Source: Camelus dromedarius (taxonomy: Eukaryota). From it: a DNA stretch of 64,000 bases. This document shows, in pieces, positions 51,701-64,000 of this stretch (position 1 is its first letter; each line of letters opens with the position of its first letter). Position numbers and translations under genes: made by a program. Location of the stretch: contig NC_087436.1 of the NCBI RefSeq assembly GCF_036321535.1, forward strand, positions 23,562,001 through 23,626,000. The letters are read 5' to 3'. Under the pieces are notes generated by a model. It searched no databases. It was not told the origin of the DNA and saw only the letters and a list, made by a program, of their open reading frames with translations.

Positions 51701-54700
51701 ATTGCAAAAAAATGTTGATCTTTTCTTGAATTAGGTGCTGGATTTTAGTTGGGCTCTTGGGAGGTGGGGTATGGAGCAATTATATTTAGTTCTTAGAATG
51801 AGATCTCCATTTGGAAAGCCCTAAAGAAAAGCAATAATCAACCAGAGCCTAATAATAATAATAATGGTGATGATAAAAATGAAGATGAATAGAATTCTTT
51901 TCTGTTTTATTGCTATTGTTTACCTTCGTAGGGCCAATATGTCTAAAGTACTAAATATTGATTAGCTATCTTTCCGCTTGGCTTGGGTTAGGAAGGCAGT
52001 CCAATCAAGGCTTTACCTCTTTTGATTTATTTTCTTATACATTTACAAGTATAGGCCTGAAAAACAAGCAAACTAGAAGCAGGGTGGCTGAGGTGAAGTA
52101 GAAATCTTCCTTGGCGCCAGGCTGCTGCGAGGGGCCTGGGTTTTTTGGGAGTCCCAAATAGCCCTGTTAAAGAGCAGGTAGCCCTGGCCTGGGTTTGAAG
52201 CTGCATTACCTCAGGTGAAAAGTAGTTTATGGAGTAGTAGCCTAATGACCCCCCCCCTGCCTCCATGTTATTTATTCAGAAGGGTCCCCCCACCCAAGAG
52301 TTGTTGATGGAAACTACTGATTTTACCTATTAGTGAATTGCAGTGACAAGGTGTCTTTTCCTAAAATAGTTCTAATTATTTGTGGTAGCAGAATGAGACA
52401 TTATCACTGTCTGTACTTGGAACTGAAGTCTTGGTTAAAATTTTAAGATAAATGCTAATTGACAAGTTCATGTTCAAGCCAGGGATAGATTGGCTTGAGG
52501 AAGGTGTAATCACTCAGGCATGCCGAAAAGCATGACAATGCAGTCTTCAGAATCAAAATGGTGGTAGCCTTACTTGACCTGGATAAACCCATGTTTTCAT
52601 GACCTTTCTACTTATTAGCACCATTATAACTTCCAGAGTGTGCTTAATTCATACACAGCTTACAGACTATGTAAATAGATGTGATTCCTGCTCTGCAGAG
52701 TTTATCACATAAAATTCACTTGATAATAAGTGTATTAATCACTGAATATTGGAGAGAATTGCAACCTATCTGAAATGTTCTCCTCTGCTCCTGGAAGAGA
52801 TCTAGGAAATGTTAACATACCAGTCCAGGGCTAAATCTCCTTATAAATGAATCTGGTTTCCCATTTCTTATCCTATTGAAGGTAAATTACTGGCTTTGTA
52901 GCCAGGTTTTTTGGCAAGCTTGTAATGTCAAGCCATTTCTAAATCTTTCCTATGAACCTTTTCTTTGCCTTATCCTGTTCTCCTGTTCTCCTGTTCTCCT
53001 GGGTGATAGGATTGACAGTGTCTCTTGAAAAACCTTCTGTAGCCCACACAGGGTGTGCATTAAGCATGTGAAAAACTTTTTGAAATTGCATTTCCCTGTG
53101 CTTCACAAGTGTTTGTCTTTTCTTTTAATTCTCAAGAAGCACTAAAAAAAAAAAAAAAAAAGCTCCAGTACATATTTAATTATGTTATTTACGTTCTTTG
53201 GTTGTGGTACGTTTTCTTTAGTCCTGGGCAGCCAGTGATCAGAAAAGTAGAAGCATCGTTAGTTCATCATTGATCATCATCTTCAAAATGCTCTTCAGGC
53301 TGAATTCCTTCCCAGGGAAAGCGGAGTTTTCAGGCAGATTGCATACTTGATACTTTCCATACTGTCTCAGAATTACAAGGGCAAGCTTTAGAATCTTTGT
53401 AGGCTTTCTGTCACCTGATATGAGAAAAATGAACACGGACATGGTGTACTGACATTTCTGTAAGAAGGATGAGGATTTTAAACATTAAAATGGAGGTATT
53501 TTCTATTGAGACCAATAGCCAACTGTTGTTAAAAAGGTTTCCTGACAGGGTTCTTCCATTTGGTTAAGATAAGACTGGAGGAATTTTCTTTCATTAGTGC
53601 TGCTACCATAGAGGGAATCTAGTATAATAAGCCATTCTGCACACTGCATAGTAATTTTTGGACCCATTTGAAGTACTTACATTTTCTTTAAAGTCACTTG
53701 TGTTTTACTTGTGATTAGTGCTCCATGTGTATTAATCAACACTTCTATATTCTTGAGCTTAAGATGGCTAAGTTCTGTCATCTCTTTCCACTTTTCCCAT
53801 TGTAGAGAACTGTGAAATCAATCAGATGTCAGAATCTTATAAAGAGGAACATATTTAAAACTCAGTCCCAAGATTTTCATAATATCTGCCTTTTAACTCT
53901 CCCAAATAGTTTTGCATTTTTCACTCTGTTATTCAGAAGTGGATTATTGAGTTTTCGGGTCCTCCAGCTGTTTGTTTTTCTTTCCTCCTTCTGCTGCCAG
54001 CCTTTTGGTCTTTTCACTGATCTTTAGCACCTTTACCAAGGAGTGGGAAGAAGCAATAAGAAGAGAAACTTAATTTTGGTGCTTCCTCCTCTCACGACTA
54101 ATGAAACAATTTGGGTAAGATACCAATTTTGGGTTAATTATGGATTTGATCTTTTATACCATTTACTGTTCATTAGCACAACTCTTAGAGAGTAGATTGA
54201 ATTTTTAAATGTTACTCATTTATTCAACAATACTAGTACACAGTCCATAGGGCTTCAGAGAAGTTAAAATGCTAAATCACACTCTTCCATCCAAGACTTT
54301 GACAATGTAGTATATTCTTTGTAGATTTTCAGTATTATTCTAGCTAGGTTTAAGGGAATAATGGGTTTTTGTTTGTTTTTTAATCAGTATTAGACTTGAT
54401 GCCAGTGACTTCTCAACAGTTTCAGGCTGAGTTATACCCCCTTCCCATGACATTGTAAGTAAAATAATATTCATTAGTTTTCTGTTGTTTCAAACTAATT
54501 AGACATTTGTTTCTGGGGAAACAAAAAGTTGATTTACAAATGACAACATCAAAGTTATTGGATCCCCTAACTTAAATTTTCATTAAAAACAGAAGCATGC
54601 TTTTCAGACAGACCCATTCCAAAAATTCATTGCTCATGTCTGTGAGATAGAAATGGAGCTTTTGGAAAATCAGCTTTTACCAAAAGCTAATTGCTTTTCC

Positions 54701-56090
54701 TTAACTTAGAAAAAAACCTTTTTTTGTTCTTGTTTAAATCTAACGAAGTTTAAAGAACTAAAGTAATACGGTTGGATAAAATACTCAGAAGATGGAGTTG
54801 AGGGCCTACTGTATAATAAATACTTAAAGATCATAGGGTTCCATTCCATGAATCAGAGAAGGAGCGCACTTTTAAAAGTCTACCTGGCTGTTCCATCTGT
54901 TAAACAGTTGAGGGGCTTTTGAGTTGTGGATAAGCAGCTCCATCTGGGAAAGAAGCACAGTGTTCCTTTAGGGCCACCATACACACATGTGTAGAAAAAG
55001 GAAATTACTATGGCTCAGGTTTTTACTTAAAAAAATTTTTTTATGGCAAGCTGCTTAAACTGTTCCTGGGAGAATTTAATAAAAATCTCAAAAGGCTTAG
55101 AGTACTTCCTCTGACTTAAGGAAAGTCATTTCTTAAGTGATTTCTTAAGGATAATTTAGACACCTCTTTTTAATTATATTGGACCTCCCATTGGTTGGAG
55201 GGACCTTCATGCTGAAGTAGAATCTTTTAAAAGAATGACTAACATTCATCCTCCTTAAGCAATGGCTTAACAACCATAGCAAACTTGAGTGGAATATTTA
55301 AACTACCAACCTCCAGAGTTTCCTAACTCCTTAAATCTCTGTCCAGCTGGGTAGAATCTGGTTGTGTAATGTTTCATATTATGGACTCTCCAGTCCTTAA
55401 CTATCTAAGTGTTCACTGTGCATGTGAAGACATCATTAGGATACATTCCTGTGTCTCTCTCCTTCCCTCTCCCAGTATCTTTCTGCACCTCTGGAAAACT
55501 CATGTCAGGACAGGGGCTTCTTTCCCTTCAAAGGAAAAGGCTGAAGTGCTGAGTCTATTTGTGCAGATTCAGCCTGGGTCATAGCTGGGACTCAGAAGCA
55601 TTGCTCAGCTGTAAAAGACAAGCTCTCCTAGTGCCCTTTATTCTCACAGTGGTGGGTTATTTTTCTTTCTTTGATTGTTTGTTAGATGCTGAAAGTAGCT
55701 CAGTGATTGAGAGTGAATCTAAAGGGACTGGAACCCAGTAAAGGGCTTTAAGGGACTCCAGTGGTAAAGAAGAGAGCCAAAAGGGGATGAGGATTTTGGA
55801 GGCAGCTCCTGGAATAGATGGCAAGTGAAATAGAAGAGAGGTGATTGGTTTTACTCCTTTGGGGTAAACAGAGAGTATCCTGGTGCCTTGGGAGTTTACA
55901 GTGATAACCTATGCTTTTACTAGTCTATTCTGAAACTGCAGACCTTACTAAAACTCAAATATATATTTTCCAGAGCTAATGGCAATATTGTTTATATCTG
56001 GAAAAAAAATTACTTCCTAAAATATTTCCATGCTTCCTTAAATGACTACCTCAGCCATTTAAATTGATTTACTGTAGAATTCCTCTAAAT

Positions 56091-56299
56091 CAGAGATTCT
56101 CAGTTGGTGGATATTTTGCACCACCCTTCCCAAAAACATTTGGCATTGTTGGGAGACATTTTTAGTTGTCACCACTGGAGGGGTGCCACTGCTGTCTAGT
56201 GGGTAGAAGCTGAGGATGCCATTAAACATCCTGCAGTGCGCCCACAACAAAGAACCACCCTGTCCAAAATATCAGTATTGCTGCAGCTGAGAAACCCTG
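56091..56299 (+). mobile_element. MER20 hAT-Charlie non-autonomous DNA transposon
   Basis: Terminal inverted repeats cagagattctcag...ctgagaaaccctg; internal ggagacatttttagttgtcac, tctagtgggtagaagctgaggatgcc and cccacaacaaagaa. Confidence 0.9.
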
Positions 56300-56704
56300 C
56301 CTGAAACAAGGAGCTTTCTGAGGAGAAGGTTGAAAGTACAGAGTGTGACTTTCCTCACAGCTTTTCAGAGACACTCTTACTGCTTACAGGGTGGAGGAGG
56401 GTGGGGTGCTACTGTGAGGTAGAGGGTCCTGGGAAGAAGTTACAGCACTGCCATGTCGTGTTTCAGCTCTGGCCCCATGCTGGTCTGGCTCTTCCCTTCA
56501 TGACTGTCTGGTTAGGAAGGTGAACACAAGTCATTCTTTTTGCCTCTCAGAGTGATTGTTCAGCTCAAAGGAATTAATATATGTAAGAGCCCCAAAGACT
56601 TTCTGGGGTTACACAAATGCTCGGCTTATTTTTATGAATTACTTTCCTGTCACTTAATTGTGTGCCCCTCACCCAAGTGCAGACTTAAAGTTGAGTGATT
56701 TAAG

Positions 56705-56840
56705 GTTTATTTCACTCATGCATAAACCAAAGTCTCATGGCTACATATGGAGTGACTGCTACATACTGGACACTATTTCTAGGCACTGGGGACACAAAGT
56801 GAACTGAGGTCCTTGCTCTAGTTGGACTCACAGCAGAGCA
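56705..56840 (-). mobile_element. L2 tail
   Basis: ctacatactggacactatttctaggcactggggacacaaagtgaa. Confidence 0.7.
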
Positions 56841-57224
56841 TCAGTCCGTGTCTCAGATTAGCTGTATGAAATGGTCTTTGTGGCCTTCTAAGAACATGTT
56901 CATGTAGGTCATTAATAAGCTAACATTTAGGAAAATCCTAAGGGTACTAAATGCTCAGTTATCTTCTTGCAAGCTTCCTACAGCTATGGCTCCCTTGCAT
57001 TCTCTCTATAGCAACATTTATTTCATTGTTTTTCAAATCAAATCACTTTGTAGAGGGGAGAGGATTAGTTGGTGTGGTGGAGAATAAGATTAAAGGATGG
57101 TTGTTAAAAGTGAGGCAGATGATCACCTTTCTTTCCTTTTTTTTTTTTTTTTGAATAGGTGACACTTGTAGCACCATAATCATGACTTGCCATCAAGCTC
57201 TTAGAGTAAATTAGACAAAGAGGA

Positions 57225-57580
57225 GGAGCATTTAGAAAGAAGCAGGCAGGAGCAGGAAGGTGCAAGGACTTGAAGCCGTATCACATGAAGAATAGCTGGG
57301 AGACCTGGAGGTGTTTAGTCTGATTCAGGGGATGATATGATTACTTTCTTAAAATATTTGAGGGGCTGTCATGTGGAGAAAGGATTAGATAATGCTCTTT
57401 ATGGCCTCAAGGGGATAGAGTTAGGATCAGTGGTTGGCGGGTTGTTAAGAGCAAGGTTTGGTTTAATATATATATAAAAAACAATTATATGACAATTGAA
57501 GCTGTTCACAGATGAAAGGGCTGTCTTGATGAGTGAAAACGATCCAGCAAAAGTTCAATTAGCTGAAAAGCTGGAGAAGA
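57225..57580 (+). mobile_element. L3/CR1 3' fragment
   Basis: catgaagaatagctgggagacctggaggtgtttagtctg...cttaaaatatttgaggggctgtcatgtggagaaaggattagat. Confidence 0.8.
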
Positions 57581-57639
57581 GATGACAACATCTTTCTTCT
57601 TTCTAAAATTATAATGTTTTTAAGCAATATAAAAATACA

Positions 57640-58190
57640 ATCCCAGTTAGAAGAGGACAGAGCTTTGTCTCTTTGTTCATCTTTAAATCTTCGTGATAGA
57701 AAAAGACCTTCCTGTACATGAGAGGAACTCTAAATATTTGTGGAATAAATTGCTAAATGAAAATGAGTAGACAAAGTGACTTAATTCCTCTGCCTCAGTG
57801 TTTCCCCCTCCTCTCAGAAGTCACCATGGTTTAGAATAACTCTCCAGACCTCCTGCTTTTTGTATATGTATATACTATAGGATACATATCACTACATGTT
57901 AGTTTTTCCTACATAAATGGAATCATATTATAAATACGGTTCTGAGATTTACTTTTTCTACATAATGTATTTTGGAGATCTGTCCAAGTCAATTCATATA
58001 GACCCTTAACTCATTTTTTTAAACTGTTCTATTGCATTTCATAATATAAATGTTCCATAAGTTGTGGAATGATCCCCTTATGAGAGAGACTCTGGTAGTT
58101 TCTCATTTTTTGCCAATTAAGCGTTACTTTATTGCAGTGAACACCCTTATCCATATGTCCCTTGTACATATGTGAGCATTTCTGTAGCAC
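57640..58190. mobile_element. L2 tail (~57640-57760) followed by an antisense old L1 3' UTR fragment
   Basis: taaatatttgtggaataaat; acataaatggaatcatatta...ttgcagtgaacacccttatccatatgtccc. Confidence 0.65.
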
Positions 58191-61100
58191 AGATTTGGAC
58201 TCTTTTCCATATGTAATATGTATAAACAGAAAAAGTTGGCCAAAAAAGTCTCTTAACCTAATATGGTTCAACATAGCACCCAAATCTTATTACAGCTCAT
58301 TTTAGGGCAAATGCTAAAAAAAGTGTCCACTGTACCAACTGGTCTGGATCTTTGCTGTCTACAGTTAACACTGTTAATTTTTAAAGGTTGTGTATTTGGC
58401 CACACACTTTCCAGGAATGACTTTTTCTTTTCATCTGGTCCTAACGATGGAGTTGGTGGGAGTCTAGTTAACCGGCTCCTGCTCGTGCTGTGAAAGTGGG
58501 AAATTCACTATCTTGAATGAGTTTGTGGTCTCTTTACCATTCCTGAGCTTTGTGTTTCCCAGGCCTGCATGGCTTTATTTGTAAAAGGTATTTCAGCTAT
58601 TGCTAGAGTTCGGTGGGGGGAGGGCAGTGGGTGCAGGTTTGAGTGGTCGTAAAAACCACAGGTCTGTGAGTTGCCACTTCCTACAGGTTCAATTACCTTG
58701 ACTAATCCAGTCATCTGTGTAACATGGTAATAACAACCTGCTGACCTGGCCCACTGTAGAAAGTGCATCAAAATGGGCTTGCCTCAACAGTCACCTTAGA
58801 GCGTTTGTTTCAACAGTGAGAAATCCTATCAGTTTTAATTATACATGTGGGCTGACATGGTCTGAAGACTGCCCTTCGTCGGGTTTCTTGGTCATTTTGA
58901 TTTACCTTTGCCCTGGCAGCTTCCCTACAGCGAGACCCTAAGAGCCATAGTCTATGTTTTTACAGAGCGGGAGCAGTTTGGCTCCAGAATCCACACTCTT
59001 GGCTACAGCATTATTCTGCTTTCATCTGACTGAAGGGTTCGCTCTTGAAAAGGTGGTGTGGGCAGCTGCTTTTTCTAAATAACTACTCTCTCCCAAGGAG
59101 TCATCTCCACCTACTTGACTTTCCTTTAGGTCTTAAGATCAGTTTGAACTGGAGTCCAAATGAAGCTACGTGGTAGTGCTGCTCCTTGGCTGGCTCTGCT
59201 GTTTTCGAACGAGGATCCCCCACTTGGCTGTCTCCTGGCCTCATGTACCTCTGGCATCGAGTGTCTCTCTCTCCCTATCTCCTTTACCAACACCTCATGT
59301 TTTACCTTTGGCACAGTGATGGCAGGACCTGGAAACTGGTACAAAATGTTGAGCCACAGAAATAAACTGAGGGTAGAGATGCAGATGATTAGCCTCAACC
59401 TTGGAGGTCATTCTCTCCCAAGTGATTCCAATAAATCAGGCATTCTGCTTCAATTGATGGCCTAGATACTGATAAGTGGCAGGCATTTTCTGTCTTTTAG
59501 CTGCACCATGTAGCATCTTAGTGAAGAAAAACCCCTTTGGCCAGTGAAGCTAATGCAGCCATGTGCTCAGTGCCGACTTTAGAGGAGGGGGCTTCAGTGT
59601 AAAGACAGTTAGACTATGTTCTGCTTTAGTAGCTTGAATAGCGAGAGTTGGTTGCACATAAAATAAGAAACTTGCTTCTAATCTTGAAAGTAGGCCAGCC
59701 AGTATGATCAACGAAGACATCCTTAAAGTTGCTGCTCTGGTCATGCAATACAACTTCAGTCTTTGACTCTTCCTGCTGACAGCCAAGTTTAAATGGTCAA
59801 GTTTAGTTTTTGTGAGTCTACCGTCCCTCTGGAGAGGTGTCATCTGACTTGCATTTTGCATCAAATATAATGTTTACCTGTACATTGATTGTAGACAGAC
59901 AAATGGTTCTCTGTTTTGAATATTAGTTATTCCATGGCTGTCTGATTATAGTGATTGAATACAATTGCTTTCCAAAGACTAGTGAGATTATGGCTATGCA
60001 GCAGTAAACTTCTAATTTCTAATTCCTTTGGAAATCATTCTTTTATTTCTTTTTGGAAGAGTCCAGAGATGATTTGTAACAGATAATAAATGACCAGAAT
60101 CAAGTCTTACCTTATCATGGAGTTTTTTTTTTTTTTTAACATATCTTACAAAAAGTAAGTGTTTCAGACTTATTTTTTGGGAAGTGGATATAAATTCATA
60201 CAGAGGCATATCTGGAGGTTAATGTTCACATTCACACGAAGAAATTGGACATATGTCAGAGCTTGACAAAATTTTCTGGATGCTAAGTAAAAGAAATAAG
60301 ACCGTTTTAATTGTTCATTCTTGAGTTCTGGCTTCAGAACAGTTGAGTGATAATAATGCTGGAGTTCCCAGCATGGGTAAAGCAGACATGCCCTGTGCCA
60401 GCTCACATCTTCTTTTCTGGGCTCCTTCTGTCCCTGGTTCTAATTCACTGGTTTCCATCCTTCCTCCTGGCCGCCATGGGAGGAGCGTGTGTCTGGAGCA
60501 TGGACTCCTTTGAGCGCGTGCTTGCCTTTAAGAGCATGCAGATGGTGTGTATCTTTAATCACTTAAGGTATTTCCTCCCAGTGGTGTGTGCAGAACAGCA
60601 CCTCCCGGATTGTAACATTCTCTCCCTCTTCACATCCTGCAGTAGCCCTTTCCCTGGAGATTCCCTGATGTTGGGTAAACAGAGGTGGTTTATATAAAGA
60701 ATCAGCTTTCTCAGTTGAGAAGTTGTTACGGGTAAACGGTTGAAAACGCATTTTGCGGTTTAACTGGGAATTCCTCAATGGTTTGCAGCTGCTATTGGAT
60801 TTTTAAAAACACATACGTTTGTCTTCTTCAACGAAGCCTGGAAACAGTGAGTTTAAATTTGGATTTCATGCTGCTTACTTCTCAGAATGTGTTGAAGGAG
60901 GATTTGAAAAACTTATTTGTCATAACATTGAATAACTATACTGAAAAAAAATGTTTTTGGCAGGTGGCGTGCATTAGAGTGGAATAGGTTTGGTGCCCAG
61001 GATGAACTTGGACGATGTCATGGTAACTTAGAGGGTGGCAAAGTAGGATAAACTGGACTTTGGGGATCTGGAATATCTGGGGCCTCAGCTATTGAAATTC

Positions 61101-64000
61101 AAATGGATTGTATCTCCCCACCCCCCACCCCCGCCCCCAGTGTTTGATCCTGTTCTTAGATTGAAAGGATTGATATGAATCATTCAGGGCCTTTTCTTAA
61201 CTTTAAGTTTGTGGTCTGAGATTGGAATTGGAACACTCAGAAATACGTAACAATAGTTTCAAGGAAGGGAGGTTAATGATAGTGTATGCTTGGGAGAATC
61301 AGGTCTTTGTTCCCTCTGCTGAGGTGCCGGCTGTCTGTGTTACTGGTTTGGTAGGCTTCGTGTTTATCTGCGGTCTGGAATGTCAAAGGATTGCCAACCT
61401 AAGAATTTTGCTTCCCTCTCTACCCTAAAATGATGGTGTAGGAGTTTCTGGTATTGGCTCATGAAGGCGGGGACGACCATATATGGAAGAGGGAAGGGGG
61501 ACTGGCTGGCTTTGGTATTCTCATCCATTCTTCCTAATGCCATTTTCATTACTCTATTAACAGAAAGTGGATACTCTGGATAATTATTTATGTATGTCTC
61601 TTCCTTCACAGTGTAATGCACACTTCACTTGTTTTCTTCAACTTTTTGTAATGTGTGTGTTTATGATACATTGAAGAGCAATAAATTTGCAAAGAGATAA
61701 TTAGCTTTGACAGACTTACAGAAATGAGACTGTAAAAGGAGGAAGCAAGAGGGTTGCTTAAGCAAAGGATTCCATTACTGGCTTGGAGGGAAATTATCCA
61801 GATAAGAAATTCTTCAGTTTTAAAAGTTCCCAACCACTTGGGCAGCCATGGTTTTAGGAAGAAGTGGACTACTGTGTGATATTTAAGAATTTAAATATTT
61901 TCATAGTTTAAAAAAGTCTTTATTTCTTTATTCTCAACATAGAATTTTTAAATGGAGAAATTCAAGATACTGAGGAATGAAAATGGGAGGAAGAAACAGG
62001 TACTCAGCCACTGGTGCTAAAATCCCTTATGTTGTTCTCAGTGCCCTTTAATCTGCCTCTTAGCATGAGCATGTATCTTTTTACCTTAAAGAAGAGTCCT
62101 CCTTTCACTTGGGTGACTCATGCATTGGGGGAAATGGCCTTCAAGAAAAACGGCTCATTCAGCATTAACTTGACTTAGTAGTCCCTCCCAAGTTGGGCAT
62201 CCTTTGCAAAGAGGACAATTAAACTGTCTCCATGTCTGTAAAGAAAGAGATTAACCATGAGGTTGGGTTAAATTATTCCTATTATTGTACATTATTTTGT
62301 ATTTTTTGGATTAAAAAGAAAACTTGTGGAACAGAATGTGAACGACTGATTATGGCAAAAAGCAGGGGGTACAGTTCACATCCTCTAAGTAAAAGAAATG
62401 AGTCACTAAGTCTCCAGCGTCGCCATTATTCCTACAGCCCCTCTTAACTGGGCCAAATCCTGCCTGATGATACGGGAAAATAAAGGGCTCATCTAGAATG
62501 TTCTGAGGTATACTGGTTTAATGCGCATAAGAGAGGGAAGAGAAGGTGTTTTAGGAACGTTTACCTGAGAAAGAAAATGTTTACGGTCACGACTACGGGA
62601 TGGGTGACTGTCAGCTCTCAGTCGCAGGATCTCCAAGCACTGACCAGGGACTAGCTTGAAGGTGAGCCCCACGAGAGTCGGGAGAGAGCAAAGGTTTGGA
62701 TTTCCGGGGCCGTGGGACCGTGTCTCTGGGCATCAGAGCGAAGGGCTCCCGTAAAATGTCTAGCTCTTTTCTCCCCACACCCAGGAGCGGCTTCTGCTTC
62801 CCCCGCCCCCTCCCCTCCTCCATCTTCTGTTCCATGAATAAATATTATGTGGTTTGGTGCTCATTACTCTTTGATATGAAAAAAGGCAATTCATTAGGTT
62901 GAAGGAGGAAGGGGAGGGAGACACCATTTTTCACCCGGTGCATCAAGCACGGTTACCCTGATTTGAATTCCCAGAAAAGTAATAAAACAGTGAAGATAAT
63001 GATAAAACAGCTCCTGGCTGACAGCTGTGCAGCACACGGGAACCCCGCACACAGGGCCCCGTGCTGCAGCAGGACAATATTGTGGAGCATATGGCGCATT
63101 GCAAGCCAGTTGTTGAACTCGGTGGCCGGCTTTTGTTTGGGTGACTCTCCCAGCGTTGGGCCTGGGGTGGCTCTTCAGAAACTTCTAGTCTCCTCTACAG
63201 GAGGGTTCTTGGCTCCCGGCCAGCCGTTCCGTATGGTGGCCGACTCAGGCCACGCGGAAAAGCTGGGGCCGGGGCAGCGTTCACGCCTCCTTACTTCGGT
63301 CCCTAATCAGATCGTCTGTTCAGCAGGGAGAAATGGGGGTCGTTTTTCCATGCAGCCCAGTGGCTGCATTATCAAAGGGACATTTTCTACGGGAATGTCA
63401 ATTAATTATTATCGATGCATTCATTCACCGGAGCTCACTTCTTCCTGTGAGAGTGAACATGGTTTTGTTTTTAGTGCTTTTAAGTTACACTTTGCACATT
63501 CCCTTTTCATTTCTAGAGCTAGAATAGCTAAAACCAGCAAGTACGTTAGGGCCAGTGTTGCTGCCCGAAAGGAGCGTGTGTACCCGTCTATCTAGTTTTT
63601 ACAAGACGGTGCTAAAATAGGCCCTTTGCTTAGCATGGTCTGTTTTTCCAAATGTGTGAAGCTGGCATGTGTGTGTGCATAAAAAGACTAATTAACTCCA
63701 CTTTCCTCAAAGGGGTGTCCTTGGCTGCCCCCCCCTCCCCAGGAATGTGCCCTATGCTGGCCAGAGCTGCGCTGTCACCCTGAATCCTTTTACCACTTCA
63801 GCCTCTATAGAGTCATGGTCACTCGTTCTGGTTCCTGATTGATTCTTGACTCCAAAGTGCCAGGGAGGGTCCAGAAGGGCCCCACAGTCCTGGGAGCGTG
63901 GTTCCTGCAAACGTGGCAGAAGGCCCGTCTCTGAGAGAATCACACTCCATGCGGAGGGGCGGTAGCCAGTGCTATTGTGCTGCGTGCGTGAGAATATTTT

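Larger units (their letters stand above)
48732..64000 (+). other. MAML3: MAML3 intron 1 (5' part)
   Basis: Begins GTGAGG after the coding exon; no MAML3 exon 2 peptide was recognised in any downstream ORF. Confidence 0.88.

Noticed and set aside
52973..53001. (TCCTGTTC)x3.6 tandem repeat; similar short duplications at ~12709-12736 and ~45679-45701
   Set aside because: Ordinary replication slippage, with no spacers or array structure.
49300..58830. Scattered GTGGGAA/GTGAGAA RBPJ-like heptamers (e.g. 58496-58502)
   Set aside because: About the chance frequency (roughly one per 4 kb for two heptamers on two strands) and no paired head-to-head arrangement seen.
62963..63595. 210-aa ORF in intron 1
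   Set aside because: Starts at TTG, no recognisable homology or convincing splice boundaries; local GC richness lowers stop frequency.

Overview
Eutherian mammal genomic DNA. I recognised no Alu, B1/B2, Bov, Can or ERE-type SINE by eye, so it is probably neither primate nor rodent. About 1-44 kb is intergenic and densely filled with old, often nested transposon relics (ERVL internal region plus LTR16-like LTR, MaLR/MLT LTRs, L1M, L2, MIR, hAT) and microsatellites. About 47.0-50.8 kb is a CpG island with the promoter, long 5' leader and first coding exon of MAML3 (mastermind-like 3, Notch co-activator): + strand, ATG at 48255, phase-0 donor after 48731. The rest of the window is the start of intron 1. 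All other ORFs in the track look like chance ORFs or TE debris. I found no convincing new biological system. The best leads are: a 279-nt stop-free phase 0/0 exon-like segment about 14 kb upstream of MAML3; two strong-Kozak uORFs built from GAG/GCG repeats in the leader; an L1 fragment fused to about 750 nt of non-L1, polyA-signal-terminated sequence; a MARE-like double-palindrome hairpin; and a perfect 26-bp alternating purine-pyrimidine palindrome in intron 1. Repeat family names come from recalled consensus motifs and their boundaries are approximate; confirm them with RepeatMasker/Dfam.
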